Shown here piece by piece: positions 1 through 13,204 of a DNA stretch of 64,000 nucleotides. The stretch spans positions 146,601 to 210,600 of the forward strand of contig NMRA01000336.1 in the NCBI GenBank assembly GCA_002633005.1, read 5' to 3'. Numbering within the stretch: position 1 is the first letter of the stretch; each line of letters opens with the position of its first letter. The translations under genes and the position numbers were made by a program. Origin of the DNA: Phoronis australis (Eukaryota; Animalia; Phoronida). The notes under the pieces are model-generated. The model was given only the letters and a program-made list of their open reading frames with translations. It had not been told where the DNA came from and did not search any database.

Positions 1-118
1 CACGAACGAGCCAAGTACGGCGAAGTGTGTCATCCATCGGAAAGCGATGCAAAGACACTCCCAAAGCGCGCGTGAGCCGATAATTACTACATCCCGGTAC
101 GCAGCAACAGTGTGGCAT
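1..118 (-). CDS. THAP zinc-finger N-terminus (partial), probable Kolobok transposase
   Basis: Manual translation from ATG at 118: MPHCCCVPGCSNYRLTRALGVSLHRFPMDDTLRRTWLVR, open to the window edge. Shows the THAP pattern C-x-V-P-G-C...S-x-H-R-F-P...W. Confidence 0.8.
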   Translation of the reverse strand, partial: MPHCCCVPGCSNYRLTRALGVSLHRFPMDDTLRRTWLVR

Positions 119-383
119 GTTGACTGACTAGTAAATGAAAGCGAACGACGACGGAACTTAACACAACCGAGGTAGAACAATGACTGACTCGGCAGCTCTC
201 ACAGTCAGACTATGTGAAAAGAAATTGGCGGGAAGCGCTTGCCTCCTAAAACGTCACTTCCGGAAAAGCGGACGAATAATTAATAAAATTACGAAAAGCT
301 GTAATTAAGTGAAAAATATGTCTAGGATAACCAACCAACCTTATTTTAGCTCAAAATGACATGGAAAAAGGTTGCCTTCGCCT
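1..383 (-). mobile_element. 5' end of a Kolobok-like DNA transposon (continues off the left edge)
   Basis: Ends ...TTCGCCT|TTAA (TTAA at 384-387), i.e. it reads TTAA-AGG on the minus strand; a THAP ORF starts ~265 bp inside. The other end is not in the window. Confidence 0.65.
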
Positions 384-571
384 TTAATGTCCACAGTTCA
401 TTTCAGGTGATGTCAAATAGTGACGATTGACAGAGCGCACACAACCTTAACAATGTCGTCCAAATGGGGAAGCGAGAGACCAAACATGCCATTCTACGGT
501 ACAACTTCACTCCAGCGCGTCGTCATGTATACAAGTACGGATCAAACAGTAGGTCAAAATGCGCCACGTGA

Positions 572-787
572 TTAGCATAATACAGTGTTGGTAGATGACA
601 AACTCGCCTTGTTCCCTAAGAACTTGGACGGAAAAATAATGTACTGTTTCACAACGGAATTGGTGGTAACGGCGACAACGCCGTCCTTATTATCATCAAT
701 TAACGTTGTGTTGCGAGGCTCTCGCGTCTCGATGTAAAATCGCTCTTCACGTTCCTTGTTCGTCATTTCTCCTGCATTTGATTCAAG
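572..787 (-). CDS. possible terminal exon of an unidentified minus-strand gene
   Basis: Acceptor-like CTACTTATTTTCAG precedes an open frame LESNAGEMTNKEREERFYIETREP...TVLC*; no recognisable domain. Confidence 0.2.
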   Translation of the reverse strand, partial: LESNAGEMTNKEREERFYIETREPRNTTLIDDNKDGVVAVTTNSVVKQYIIFPSKFLGNKASLSSTNTVLC

Positions 788-1897
788 CTGAAAATAAGTA
801 GCAGCATGTAAAGTCAAATGCAGTGCGTTGTATGACCCGGCGAAGATTTTACAAGGTAGTTGATTGTAAAGCACAGACCTACAAACGGACTGAAGCAATG
901 CACGGCTAACGGTAACATGATGATTCATGAATTTAAATTGTTCAAATCGCTGTAGCGACATTAGACTAAGATCTAATGTTCGGCAGAAATTGCCAAAGCG
1001 TTTCTGTGTTTGCCTGGTTGAGGAAGGTTTACAGTTCCCACGAGGTCATACTGCTGGACATTGGATAGTCATGTTGCTCCCGGCCTCAGCTGTATGACCT
1101 GTATCAATAATATATACAAACGTCCAGTGTTAGGTGATAAACTTACTACACCGTTGTAGTACTCCGTACTGTTACACTGATCAGCTCTCCCTGAACAGTA
1201 GCATTTCAAGCAACCTTCGGGGTTGTCGGCGGAAAGATGAAAATAACCCGCCTTACACTTGTCACACCGGTCACCTTCAACGTTTGCCTACAATAGACCA
1301 TTCTTAAAATGTATGGATCATAGACATCTTAATATATAGACCGGGCGCGTGCCACACAGATACATACAGCTCGCGTTGTCAATATGACGCCATATTGGAG
1401 AGTGCTGCACAGGACACAAATGGCGGAAAACACTGGATGCCCTACGGCATCAGTCAGAAAATCGGCGGGCTCGCAGTGTCATGCTTGCAGTCAAGGAGTT
1501 AGGATTTTTGGTCCTGCATTTGAGTCATGGGTTTTTTGGTTCGGCCATGGCGGAGCTTATTGGTGCTGCAACTACGTTTTTATGTTCCGCCACCATAATT
1601 TAAAAGGGGACTGTAGTCAAAATAATGTTGCAGTTAATCGGTTCTAACATACAAATAAAACTCATATTTGCCTGACTTGCGTGCCAAACAAAAGCCGATT
1701 AGTATTCATGGTTAAAACACTGAATTCTGAAAGCGATCGCTGATTGGCTGATGTGTCAGTGACGTGAATGGCGGGGTATAGGCTGCTTTACACGTTCATT
1801 GCTGATGTCATATTTTGAAGAGTTTACATCGTAATTTATCAGTGTATCAATCGTCCTTATTTTTTGTTGTTTGTCACAGTGCTGTAAAAAGTTCGCT

Positions 1898-1994
1898 ATG
1901 CCTTTTTGTATGGCCGCCTGCTTGCTCAAACTCTTCGAAAAAGGTGTCTTCTAAAGGGATATGGTCATCGCATACCATCGCTGGGTTACCCAAG
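1898..1994 (+). pseudogene. THAP domain N-terminal remnant
   Basis: Frameshifted reading MPFCMA/PACSNSSKKVSSK/DMVIAYHR/LPK. Confidence 0.5.
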
Positions 1995-2809
1995 TCTTGG
2001 CCCAAAGCTATATACTAAATATAGGCCTACAGGTTTTCAAGAGCCGATATAGGTAAAAAATGGACAAATAAAATCTGACTTAATATCATTAAAACCAATC
2101 TCATCCTTCAGTAAACATAGGAACCAGGTTCCTAGAGTATACTAACTACTGTATTTACCGGTGTTGGAAAAGTGATCGTTCATCGGCTGCTGCTAAAATT
2201 GTGATGTGTTCTCTTGAGTCGGCTTTTGCGATTACGTCACCTGACCTTTACCAGCCCCGGATTCTTTTATCAAGTGTTCGTCGCTGACGGTATTACCTAG
2301 GTTGCGTACGTGTTATAACAAATTATAGGAAATTGTTTCATATTGTTACAAGTTTTTAGTATTTTTATAACAATAAACCGAATTTTAGAACAACCTTGGT
2401 GCTGCAAAGCTGCCATCATGTCCCGAAAGACGTCTCAAATTTTTAGGAAATGGCACGTGCGCCGTGTCACGAGCGTGCTGTTTTTGAACGGACGACACAC
2501 TTCTTTGTTAAAAAGGCGGCAAATTATGCTACCAAATGACGTTTGTTTGATTGTTTTCCACTTAAACGGATGCAACGAACAGTGGGAGTGTCGGGTGACT
2601 ACCAGATTTTGCATGCGCCCCCGCCGGTCCGTTAGCTTTATATGTTGTTGTAGCCTAAGTTTTAATAGGAGGTGACGAGCATAAGTCAACTATACCCGGG
2701 TAGTCAACGGCTGTCTGAAATTTCGGTGTTAAAGGAGTCAACACACAGTGGTACGATAGTCTTCATACAGCTATAGTCGGTAACTTACCAACCCTTCAAG
2801 TTAACAGCG

Positions 2810-2994
2810 CTGAGTATTGACTAACAGCAGGCTGACTGGCTGGCTAGAGTCCACATTGCCGACGGCACAGTCACACCAGTGTAAATTGCTGATACGGAGT
2901 GGTTGCACCGGCAAATTTTCGTCTGACGATGACGATGACTGGGTATCACTTTGTGTTGCCTCGGCTCAAACAGGTATCCCTGGTGACCCAACAT
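2810..2994 (-). pseudogene. KolX (P2X7 C-terminal 'ballast'-like) remnant
   Basis: MLGHQGYLFEPR/...DENLPVQPLRISNLHWCDC.../ACC*; matches the Y-x-FEP...R-x-x-N-x-x-WC-x-C...CC pattern of the Kolobok accessory protein. Confidence 0.6.
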
Positions 2995-3802
2995 TTCACA
3001 CTAAAATTTCTTATTCCGACAATATGAAAAACGCTACTTGATTGCGCGCTAACACAGGACAGTGACTGCCCCCACCAAATACGTCACGAGACTAAGCAGC
3101 GCTCCAAGCCGGTAATATTTTTGAGCTTCGTTAGAGAATATAAGTTTGATTTTTGTTGTTGAATTATTTGAGAAATTAATCAACAATTCATGAAAAACTA
3201 TCCAAAATTTACTCAGAATAAAATACAGTTCCCTTTTAAGCGGAGCGACTATATGCGTTATTTCCACATCAGTTTTGGTGACTGAAACCATAAAAGATCA
3301 ATTAAAACGATAATTAATGACCAACATATGCTATTATCCAATGATGATGCTGTTTGCTAATTATTTTTAAGTAAATATTTAGTATTATCGACAATCATAC
3401 TTGTACTGAAAAATAACATCCCCCGGCGAACTTACTCGCAAGCCGGGGCATCGAAATCAGTACATCTAATTGAATAGTGTATTCTCAATTAAAAACTTAT
3501 TTCTTAATATGTACCGGTACTCCAAAATCAGATATTTTCTGTTGTATCAAAACAAACAAATCTCTGCAAAATCTGTACTTATGTCGAAGTTGATATTGGA
3601 ATTTTTTTATATTTGCACTGCTTGCTAACGAGCTCTCTGATTTGTGACGAAACTTGTGCAAAAAAGTAATGTGCATAATAACCAAAATATCAAAGCTGTA
3701 TGTCTGAATTGCGCATCCAACCTTTACCCAAAATACATAATTTCCCACTCGAAACCGAATGGAAATATACTCAACCGAGCAGATGTAGCCGCATTAATTA
3801 TG

Positions 3803-4865
3803 ACTCCGTGAAAAATGACCCCGGTTAGTTTTTTCACAGGGTCTAAATTTAATGTGAAGAATATTCAGCCCATGAAAAAATGACCCCATGTCCGTAAAAA
3901 CTTGTTCCGTCATTATTTAACGATTCCCCGGAACGGGGGGTTGGGATAAGCAAACAGCGTGCGTGAGAGAAGAATTTATTTTAAATTTCTCGGTCTGAGG
4001 GTCGCGCAGTACGCATATCAGATTAAGATCGGGGATGGATAGGAACAGTCCGAAATAATGTTTGCCGGAGCGGGGCTGATCTCTTTGTGAGCACACGGTG
4101 TGGGGATACTACAAAGCGCCAACAAGTGCCTGGTGCTTGATCGGGGAGACTTCAGATCCGTGAGAGAGGAATATCGCGGAGCGTGAGAGAAAAATATTTG
4201 TTTGTTGCCAGTTCTGAGCGATGCACAGGAAAGGAACTGGGTCTGTGTTCTTTGTTACGTTACGACGTTCTCCCGTTGAGTCTAACTTGTTTTAACTTAA
4301 AAGTTGTATATCACAACAAGTTGGGCGGATAATCGCTGTAGCCAATATAGGCCTACTGACGATTCGGGTTGGAAGGTCTCGGTCAGCTCTCTTTTGTTCG
4401 ATAATTGCTATAATCTCCGATAAGATCGTATCTTATATCCTCACTGGGCTGTGCTGTTCAAAGTTATGAACATAAACCAATGACATTTCTGAATTTCCTA
4501 TCAAATACTGATCTTATAGTTTTTGAATCACCAAAATCGCCCAACTACTATCGAAGTTATAGAATGTATCAACGTACTGGGTTTGACTGTGTTCGCATGT
4601 GTTCGGTTATAAGCCAGGAAGATAATTTATCTGCATGTTGTCGTACCAAACAAAAAGACTATGCTCGGCAGTTAACAAAGGAGCTAAATGTTATCACACG
4701 CTCACAACCGCTGTACTGAACTGGAGAACGCCCTAATGAACTTTACTTATATAACCCAAATGAAGTCATTTTTCACAGAAGTTCACATTAAATTTAGAAC
4801 CCATTAAAAGCGATCCGGGCCATATATTAATTTTACAAAGTTATCCGGGGTCATTGTTCAACACT
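3803..4865. repeat. degenerate MITE-like element with inverted subterminal motifs
   Basis: GAAAAATGACCCC and TCTAAATTTAATGTGAA near 3810-3890 recur in inverted form near 4765-4860; ends are not resolved. Confidence 0.35.
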
Positions 4866-7800
4866 CTGTGAAAAGGCTCACTTGGGATACAACGAAGGTA
4901 CGTCCCGAGTGAGCGGCACTTTTCCTGGATACAATGTTTTTGCATAGAGTGACACGAATTAAATGATAAAGTTGCGCGATCCCAGTGGTTTTTCTTGAAA
5001 AGAACGAAAAAATAAAACGCTCGCAGTCGATTGACAGGCATGCAGCCGCTCAGGCCACTCGAAAATCTGCCACTGGTTGCGATCTTCTAATAGTTTGATA
5101 TTTTCCCTATCTACTGATTAAATCTTAAAAAACGCCTGTAAGTGCTACATCACATGTTTTTGTATGTTTCTGGGAAAAAATCATTTTCATCGGCCTCTTT
5201 ATTTGTTAGATATCGCGCTTTGAAAAGGACAATTTTCCACGTTTGTTTACACGGCAACAAGCCGTGTCACGTGACTAGTGGCACTCTCCAATATGGCGTC
5301 AAGTTGTCAGCGGCAGGAGCGCGTGCGCCCGGTTTATGTGATGTCTATGGTATGGATGGTTGACATACCAATGAAAAAACGAGTCTCGGATAGTAAAACA
5401 TGGATCTAGTCTGACTATAGTCCGCCAGCTGCGTCAATTGAACTCGTGTACCTAACTGGAAATAATTCAAGAAATTTTTATCCATGGTCTCGGCAACATT
5501 AGATCCTAAAGTCTGCAATCAATTCATGTCCGTGCTCAGTTATTAAAACGCAGGGATCGACGCCGAGGGTGTTAGACCGGCTCCAAGAATCCGAACTGTG
5601 GTTCGCCTCCAGGTGATTGTTGTGTCTAATTGATCAGTAACTAGTGTGAAAATAATGTCTCTGATTCTCATCATTCTGAGGCTAAATTTGCTGAGCGATC
5701 GTAAATTTGTTAACTTTGAGTCAGCTGGTTCTTCTGTAGAGTCATAGCCTGCCTTCACGACCTCATGTTAACGCGTAATAGTTAGTTTCGAGAAACGCAA
5801 AAGAAAAAAATGGTTATTTGTAATCGGATTTCTGACTTTTGGCTAATAAAAGTTAAAAAAAGCAAATAGTCTCTTCGAAAATCAGGCACCTGGTTTGTAT
5901 TACTTTATTAAGTTTATGTGGTACCCTGGAAAAATACCCGGAACATCATATTTATGAAATGGTTATTCGGGTTCAAACTAAACTTTCAAATATGTATATG
6001 TTTTACACACTAGTCTCCATGTAAGTGTTGCGAATTGTTTTGAAAATGATCCATTTTGTATGAGAAGCTATTGACTTTCATGATTTTCATGAATGCCTTA
6101 ATATTGCTATAGGTCTCATTTTGAAAATTCACATCAAAGAGAAATTGATAATGTAATTAATAACATTGTTTAGTTATCAGTGTATCTTTCCTATTTGCTA
6201 AATTTTACTAAAAAGAAAATATGAGTCGAATCAATTTTTTTTCGTTTTGGTTTTTTTTCCGTTTTGAAAAAATACTTTTCAATCACCGAAAAGGTAGGGC
6301 ATTCTACTCAGTAAAAATCGAAAAAGTATCAAAATCGGGGCAAGCAGTGTAAAGTTATTGCAATTTTTGTGGCGAAATTTGGGTCACTTTGTTTGGATCG
6401 CGTCGGCCATATTGGAGGACAGCGGGATAAGTTACGAGTTTTTAAAAAACTTTGTGTAAATTGTTTTTGTCAACAATTTACGGTGAAATTTAGTGAGACA
6501 TATCTTTACTTACTACTGCACGATTCAACAGTTTCACCAAATTTCAGCCTCGCAGCTGTTACTCATTAAGTGATAAATGTGCTCACAATTCCCGTTGGAC
6601 TCATTTCTGGCGGCACCGACAACATGGCGACTTTTGCTGAACTGGAAGGCATGTTCAATCTGTTACTTTGTAATTTGTAAAGATTTAACGTTGATACATT
6701 TTAACAAACGTTGCTACAAAAAGGAAACTTGTTCGATTGTTTTTGTGCAAAAATATATTTAACAAGATGTATTCCAATTATTTTACTGTGAATTTCCCAT
6801 TCAGGTGATCTTACACTAAGCTAAAAAATAGTTGAAATAATTTTGAAATGGTTTTTTGTTTGACTGTCAACTGCTGTTCAAGGCTTGATTAGGTGTCACA
6901 AAATGATTCGTATTTTTCTAAATTTTAAGTCTGAATTGCTTTCAAGTGATGTTTTGTAACTTTCTTAATTCAGGTTATCAAGTCAACAATATGAATAATC
7001 TTAATTTGAGAAATAAGCTATGTTGGATTGTGAAGCTTCAAACCTCCAATTCTTGTTCCTTGCAACTTCATATTTTTTAATCATGCTTGTCAAATTCTGG
7101 TGTAAGGAAACACTATGCGGTCACCATGGTAATAGTCACATGTATGTCCACTTTCATATCATGGAAACTTTTGCTGTTGAATTGTGTTTGTAATGCTAAA
7201 TTTTGTAAAGTATTGTGCATTTTAAGTTAGTTATTATGTTAAAAGGTTGAATCATTTTGGCTTAATGAATAAAAAATGATAACATTTTGTATTGGACTTG
7301 TCATACTTATGTGCTCGAACGAGCCCCCTATTTGGAGAAATAGAAAAAGGTCTGTCTCAGTCAGAGAAGCACGAACTCCGAAAAAAGTAGAAAACGAGAC
7401 AATATTCCACTAGAAGACAGGAAGTATCAAAATTTAGCGTCTGCAATTGATAGCTCTGAACATACCCAGTGAATCTTATAGCAAAGAGTAGACATTCCCA
7501 AAAAGTCCAGCCCCCCATTTTTAGGCTTGGTGCACTCATACAAAGTATAGGGAAAACCTTTGTTGAAAGCCAATAACTTTGCACAGTTTACAAGAAGTAC
7601 CCAAGTTCTAAATAAACCTCTTTTGAGCGAGCGCTGGGGCCAGTGACAAGGTAGGCCTAACGGTAGCCTTGACGCAAAGCTATATAGGCCTACTAACAAG
7701 CTGCAGTGAGTATTCTTACTGGTAGGGCCTACCTGGCACTGCGGCTAGCTAAGGGCTGCCGCAGCAGTGTGACACAGGACTAACCAGCCCGTAATTTCAT

Positions 7801-9881
7801 GCAAGTTTCTGAAACCACCTTTGAATGTATGCGGAATTTATGATTTGAACATTTTACTTCGACAAAACAGCTTGCAACCGCATGCCTTTACCGTTCGCCA
7901 GTGTCTCGTCTCGATCCGCACCGGGTCCGATAGACTGCGGTCCCGAGTCCGGCAAAATAACTTCTGTCAAAATTTATTCGCCACATTTCTTCAGCAAATT
8001 CGATAAAATTGTCTGTATTTTGATTTTATTAAAATTAAGGCGCGCGGTCGATTATTTTATCTCCGTTTGCAGGCTGGTAACAGGCACTCGTCCCTTCCTG
8101 AGGGCCTTCTTAGCCCAGGTGGTTCATCGGGTGCGAATCGTGAGTGGCGCGTTCATTTAAACTTTTTTCGAGTACGGATTGTGTATTAGTTATGGGGTAG
8201 GTACTTCTTGGATCCTTATAACATACTCTAACCATGTAATAAGGATTAACAACGTGTGAGACCAGGACTTTAATGTGAAAGGATTTTGTTCCCGTTACCG
8301 TGTATAACACCGAAACTCAAGAAAATTCTTAAGAGCTTATGGGGGTTGACCAACAAAATAGTGCATGTCCGCATTGCCCGCGATTCAAGATCGAGTGAGC
8401 ATGCTATTGTTTTAAGCTCAAAGCGCTCCGGTCAATTAGGTGTCCGCTCAACAATGACATCTAAATAATGGCGGAATGCGCCTTAAGAGAGATGAGCAAC
8501 TTTAGTGTTCATCATAAAATGTTACGAGATGGCTGCTGTTTTGAAACTAGATGTGGCATGAAGGCAGAATGCGTTCGAGATGACATGAGGCTATTGCATA
8601 ATTCGTGTACAAAATTACGACATGCAACATTGGCCTTGAGTGTGAGCTTAATGAGTAGTAAAAACAGCTTATGCGCACCTTGCAATAACATTGTGCAGTG
8701 AGTTCATCGCACATGGAAACACCATCGGTATCGACAACTGCTCCGGCCACGTCACAGTCACACTTTGGTGGCCCTGGTGAGAATGGTGCTTAGATTAGAT
8801 TTCTCACACTCATGTGTTAAGCAAACCGACAACGATTCGCTTTGTTTCAAAAGTAGCGTTAGTTAACACAAACACAAACATGTGTTATGAACCATCACTT
8901 CAACTGCATCTTTTCAGCATGAACACTAGCTTAATTTAAAACTTACACAGGCAAATCGACATAAATGTACAGCTGTTTTATTATTCAAGGAGCACTATGC
9001 GTTTGGTCATTAGGAGTAAAACTGTGGAATGCTAAATGGTCTTCTACATAGACCACAAAAGTCGGGCCCATTATAAAGCTCCTGAAACTTACGAGAACCG
9101 TTTCAAGTGCTCCCATTGGCTTTTCATGTGAAAGGTTGCCCTTTGCGGCCGGATTGGTGCTGGGCGTTTTCACAGTAATGTTCACAAGTAGCGTCTGTGT
9201 CGTCACAACTGCTTTTGCTTGTCTCCATCACTCTCTGCCCCACCATCTTTTAGTGATCCCCCCACAGCCAGTTTGATTATCCCGCTCGTCCCAGTGCTTC
9301 CCCAGTAGAAGCAGTTCTACGGGGGTCCTTCTTTTCAAAGGTCTTACATCTGGTTGTGTTTACGATGTTCCTGCCAGAATGAGTACCCCTTGCCAAAATC
9401 GTAGATTCCCAAGCTTCATAACACAACTTGGTGTTAAAAGCACTGTTACAGCAACTCTCCTCGCTGTGACAATCAGTTGCAGGCAGTAGCCGTCGCGTTG
9501 ATATGAGAACAGTGAGAGTAGTACAGGACAAAGATTTGTCGAATGTGAACAACAACCTGGTGGACGGATTCACGATGGAGGAATGTTTACCCAAAGTTTC
9601 CCGTTTCACACGTCCCCAGCCCATTTCATCCGTATGTATAGACGAGCTTGGACGTTTTGAGAACCTATTCGGTGGGAAAACGGCTTTAGGGTCCTATTTT
9701 GTTGGTAACGACAATGGAAGCGGTACATTTCATACTTTCAGGGTCACAACAGCTTTCGTTCGTAAAACGTAATTGAAAGGCCAACTTACGTGCGATGATG
9801 TCTTGAAGGCAAACAACAGCCACCAAAACTCCAACTGTAATACACAATCTATTGTCATCTTATTGTTACCGCGTTCTGCTC

Positions 9882-9954
9882 GAATTCATTTCATCTGGGA
9901 ATGTCCCAACTCGACCTTATGTCTCGTTGGGACATTCCCAAATGAAATGAATTC
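9882..9954. repeat. 29-bp-stem hairpin (1 mismatch, 15-nt loop)
   Basis: GAATTCATTTCATCTGGGAATGTCCCAAC (9882-9910) pairs with GTTGGGACATTCCCAAATGAAATGAATTC (9926-9954). Confidence 0.9.
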
Positions 9955-12093
9955 TCGATAGGATATGGCAGTAGTATTCCTATGTATGTGGGATAAACTA
10001 TGTATAGATTTCTTTGTATGTATTTAACCTAGATACAATGCCTCTTGGCGCTTTCTGGGTATGCATATTTATTGTACTGAATATTTCATAATAAACATTA
10101 AAAAACTAACCCTTTGCATTTGAGATTCAGTTAGCATTTGGTAAGTGACCAGAAAAATTTATTTCAGCCCGTAACATAGTCGACTCTCGAATATGTACCT
10201 GATTGGGATTTGCCCGACAGTGATGGAATTAAATCTATAATTTTGTTGATATTTGGTTCCATACATTAATAACTTATAGTTTGACCATTGGGAAAGAGGG
10301 GAGGGTGAATATCATCCGCTTACTGGAAAATGTATATTCGACAACATTTACAGACTTGCACGAATTCGTCATTACAGCTTGAAAACGAGGTGTTGTGTCC
10401 TAACTACAATGGTAATGAAAATAAGGAGTCGGTGGTGCGGATTTTATTACTCGTACCTTGGTAAATCGTATCGTTTCTCTTTCTTACTTTGGCTAACGTT
10501 CAAAAACACCTGACTTAGGCTGAAGTTAATGCGGATCCGGGTGGGCGTTTTTCTCATTTTAGCCGATGAGCGTCGGTCACAGAATGAGTCGGGGTACCGT
10601 TCAGAACCAATCATTTGGCTTCACCGTTAGGTAAAGTCGAAGTTACGTAGAAGAGAGCGACCAGCAAAACGTCAAATCTCCGAATGAAAAAGTTCTTTTA
10701 CGGCACTTGATTTCCGTACAAATCATTTCTGGAATTAGTTGATGTGCAATGCGAAATCATATATGTGTATGACATAAATCGTATAATTTCAACTGCCTGA
10801 CTAGATAATTAAGCAACTTTAAAAAAGGATACTAAACTCTGTTTTGGTATTTTCAAACAATCCTCGTTCTGTAGCCTATAGTCGGTAAACCAACCCTAAA
10901 CCGGGTTGGAAGGCCGCACAGTGAAAGTGTATCACATCAAATATCAACCTGCACACGTCGAAATTGAGATCGCATGAACACATTCATCCCCAGAAATAAT
11001 AATGCGAATATAACTACACGAAAATTAAGCTCTTCGAAAGAATTTGTTCACTCGAATATTCACTTGATTGGCTTGTTACCACGTCATTTTCATTTTTTAC
11101 CTAGCGGTAAACTCGTGAGCTAAAGCATTCACGTCATTAGGTAAAAGACTGAGATTACAAGATGGCAGATTTGATTCGTTGTTGTTAGAGAAAGACAGAA
11201 AAAGGCGAAATATAACCGGCAAGACTGTTTGCGGTTTTCTGAACGTATCAAGGGTACTTGATTTTTGAGCACTAACACGCAGAACAACAATTTTCCTCAC
11301 ATTTTTTTGGTTTATATCCATTTCACCAAATGGTGAAAATCCCTTCAGCTCTGTTTTTGAAAGACCTGAGTATTGGCTATTACCGTTAATGCTTCATGAA
11401 CAACCTGAGTGACAAAAGCAGCATTCAACTAAAACTCATACTCCCTATGTCACAAATTGCAGGCCTATTTGTTTGTTGATTCTTGGGGGATTGTCTTTTC
11501 CTACAGTTGTGTTACTCGCTAAATCGTAGCTCGCGCTAGACTGTTTCTCAAATTTTCGGAAAGGACTTTTAAATTTTACTCCAAACGTTTAAAGGTTGTC
11601 GACGACTAGGCCCTACACAGCATTATTTTGTTTCAGAGAATTGTTGGACGCGAAAGTCGTTTTAAATATCTGTTAATAGGCCAAAACCGGATTTGGCATC
11701 CTTTTAAGAAACAAGGCCTAATACTAGCCTCTACACTTTCAGGAAAAATGATCGACAGTAATATTTTTGCTAATCGTTTGGCTTACATGCATACATAATG
11801 TAACCTACCGTGTACTGACGCCATTTAACATGATTTACTCGAAAGCGCGTGATGCATGAGCTATAAGGGAGCGTTTCTTTAGATGTCATTTTGATCCATA
11901 GTTGGTTGCACACACGCGATTTATTAGACATTTTTTTATAAAACTGCAGGTTTGAATAAGACAAAAGCAGCCGATTTCATAAAGGTGGTTTAGCAAAACC
12001 AGGTTTAAAACTTAAACCTAGTCTTCCTAACCCTGGTCTAATTTTAGACCTAACCTGCATTTCACCAACGTGGTTTAAAAGTCTGAAAGCCTG

Positions 12094-12494
12094 GGCCCGG
12101 TCTCCAATCTTTTTACTCGAAATCGAACTCGAAATTAGGTTTGTCATTTTCTACTCTACTTTTGGGCGAACTCAAGATAAGTGTCTATTATTCTATGCTC
12201 GAGTACACAATAACTTACGTAGATAATTTATTGCCCTTAGTTCACAGTTTGTAAACCCAATATTAAAGCAATAAGTTCGAGTTTGAAATCGAAATTTCGA
12301 GCTTTTACTCGAGTTTGTAGCACGAATATAAGGGTCTTCAAGGGCAAACTTGAACTAGAAACTTCTATGCATAAACTATAATGTATTCGAGCACAGTCTG
12401 ATAACCAATTATCTTAAGTTCGCACAAAAGGAGCTGAGAAATTGCCAAAAATAGTTTCGAGTTCCTTTCGAGTACAAAGATTAGAGACCGGGCC
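12094..12494. mobile_element. Harbinger-type MITE nested in the Harbinger element
   Basis: CTG|GGCCCGGTCTC...GAGACCGGGCC|CTG (3-bp TSD CTG); internal TACTCGA/TCGAGT motifs. Confidence 0.85.
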
Positions 12495-12679
12495 CTGGTT
12501 GTGTTAAACCATGAAGCGGGTTTAGTAAAACTAGGTTTAAAGTATCCAAGCCACCCTACTGTGTTGACCCGGATTAACCCAACAAAGAAACTATTGAAGT
12601 GCTTCAATGAAACCTTGATCACGTGGGTAGACTACTCAATCAAACACAGCAGTAGAATCAGTACAGACATTTGCGAAAA

Positions 12680-12865
12680 AGGGCAAAAAGCTTTTCTCAC
12701 GAGGAAAAATGTTCCTCCCACAACTGATCAGCGAAAAAGCCAATGTCATAGTCGAGAACAAGAAAGTTGTTGCCAAATCAAGTCAACGTAAGCAGCAGGC
12801 TTGGATAGATATTGATCAAGAATAAAGGCCAGAAAGAGAATTTAATCAGTGAAAAAATTGCAAAG
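12680..12865 (+). pseudogene. Myb/SANT-like DNA-binding domain remnant (Harbinger accessory ORF)
   Basis: RAKSFSHEEK/MFLPQLISEKANVIVENKKVVAKSSQRKQQAWIDIDQE*; resembles the R-x-x-NFS-x-EE...IENKK...K-x-x-AW-x-x-I pattern. Confidence 0.65.
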
Positions 12866-13046
12866 AAAAACGGCGAGGGACCCAGTGGCAGATCTAGGAT
12901 ATCATGAGGAGATATTTTTCATTTTATATTGTCTGTGTCCAACACAAGTAAACACATTAAAGTATTTGTTCACGATTAACTGCAACATGGTAAATGCACA
13001 CGTTTATTTCCGTGTCATTTTACTTTTTTGCGGCCAAAGGGGGGCA

Positions 13047-13204
13047 CAGGAGCGGATCCAGGATTTTGAGTTAAGGGGACCAGGGCAGACTATCAGCCAG
13101 GATTTTTCCCGTCAAATATTCGCAGCCCCGAACTGCCAAATGGAATCTGGGAGAATTTTAGGGGGGCCATGGCCCCCTTGGCCCATCCCTTAAATCCACC
13201 ACTG
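13047..13204 (+). mobile_element. short MITE (hAT-like termini)
   Basis: CAGGAGCGGATCCAGG...TAAATCCACCACTG; an inverted related copy lies at 55452-55612. Confidence 0.65.

Larger units (their letters stand above)
1604..3235 (+). mobile_element. non-autonomous Kolobok element nested in the P-like element
   Basis: TTAA|AAGGGGACTGTA...TACAGTTCCCTT|TTAA, with a THAP remnant on plus and a KolX remnant on minus, convergent. Confidence 0.8.
1319..5349. mobile_element. non-autonomous TIR element with 8-bp TSD, P-element-like (hAT not excluded)
   Basis: Termini CATAGACATC...GATGTCTATG, subterminal inverted GACGCCATATTGGAGAGTGC, and a perfect TSD GTATGGAT at 1311-1318 and 5350-5357. Confidence 0.8.

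Noticed and set aside
5400-8940. Probable transposon-derived AT-rich sequence
   Set aside because: I could not pair convincing TIRs or TSDs or find a protein remnant; left unannotated.
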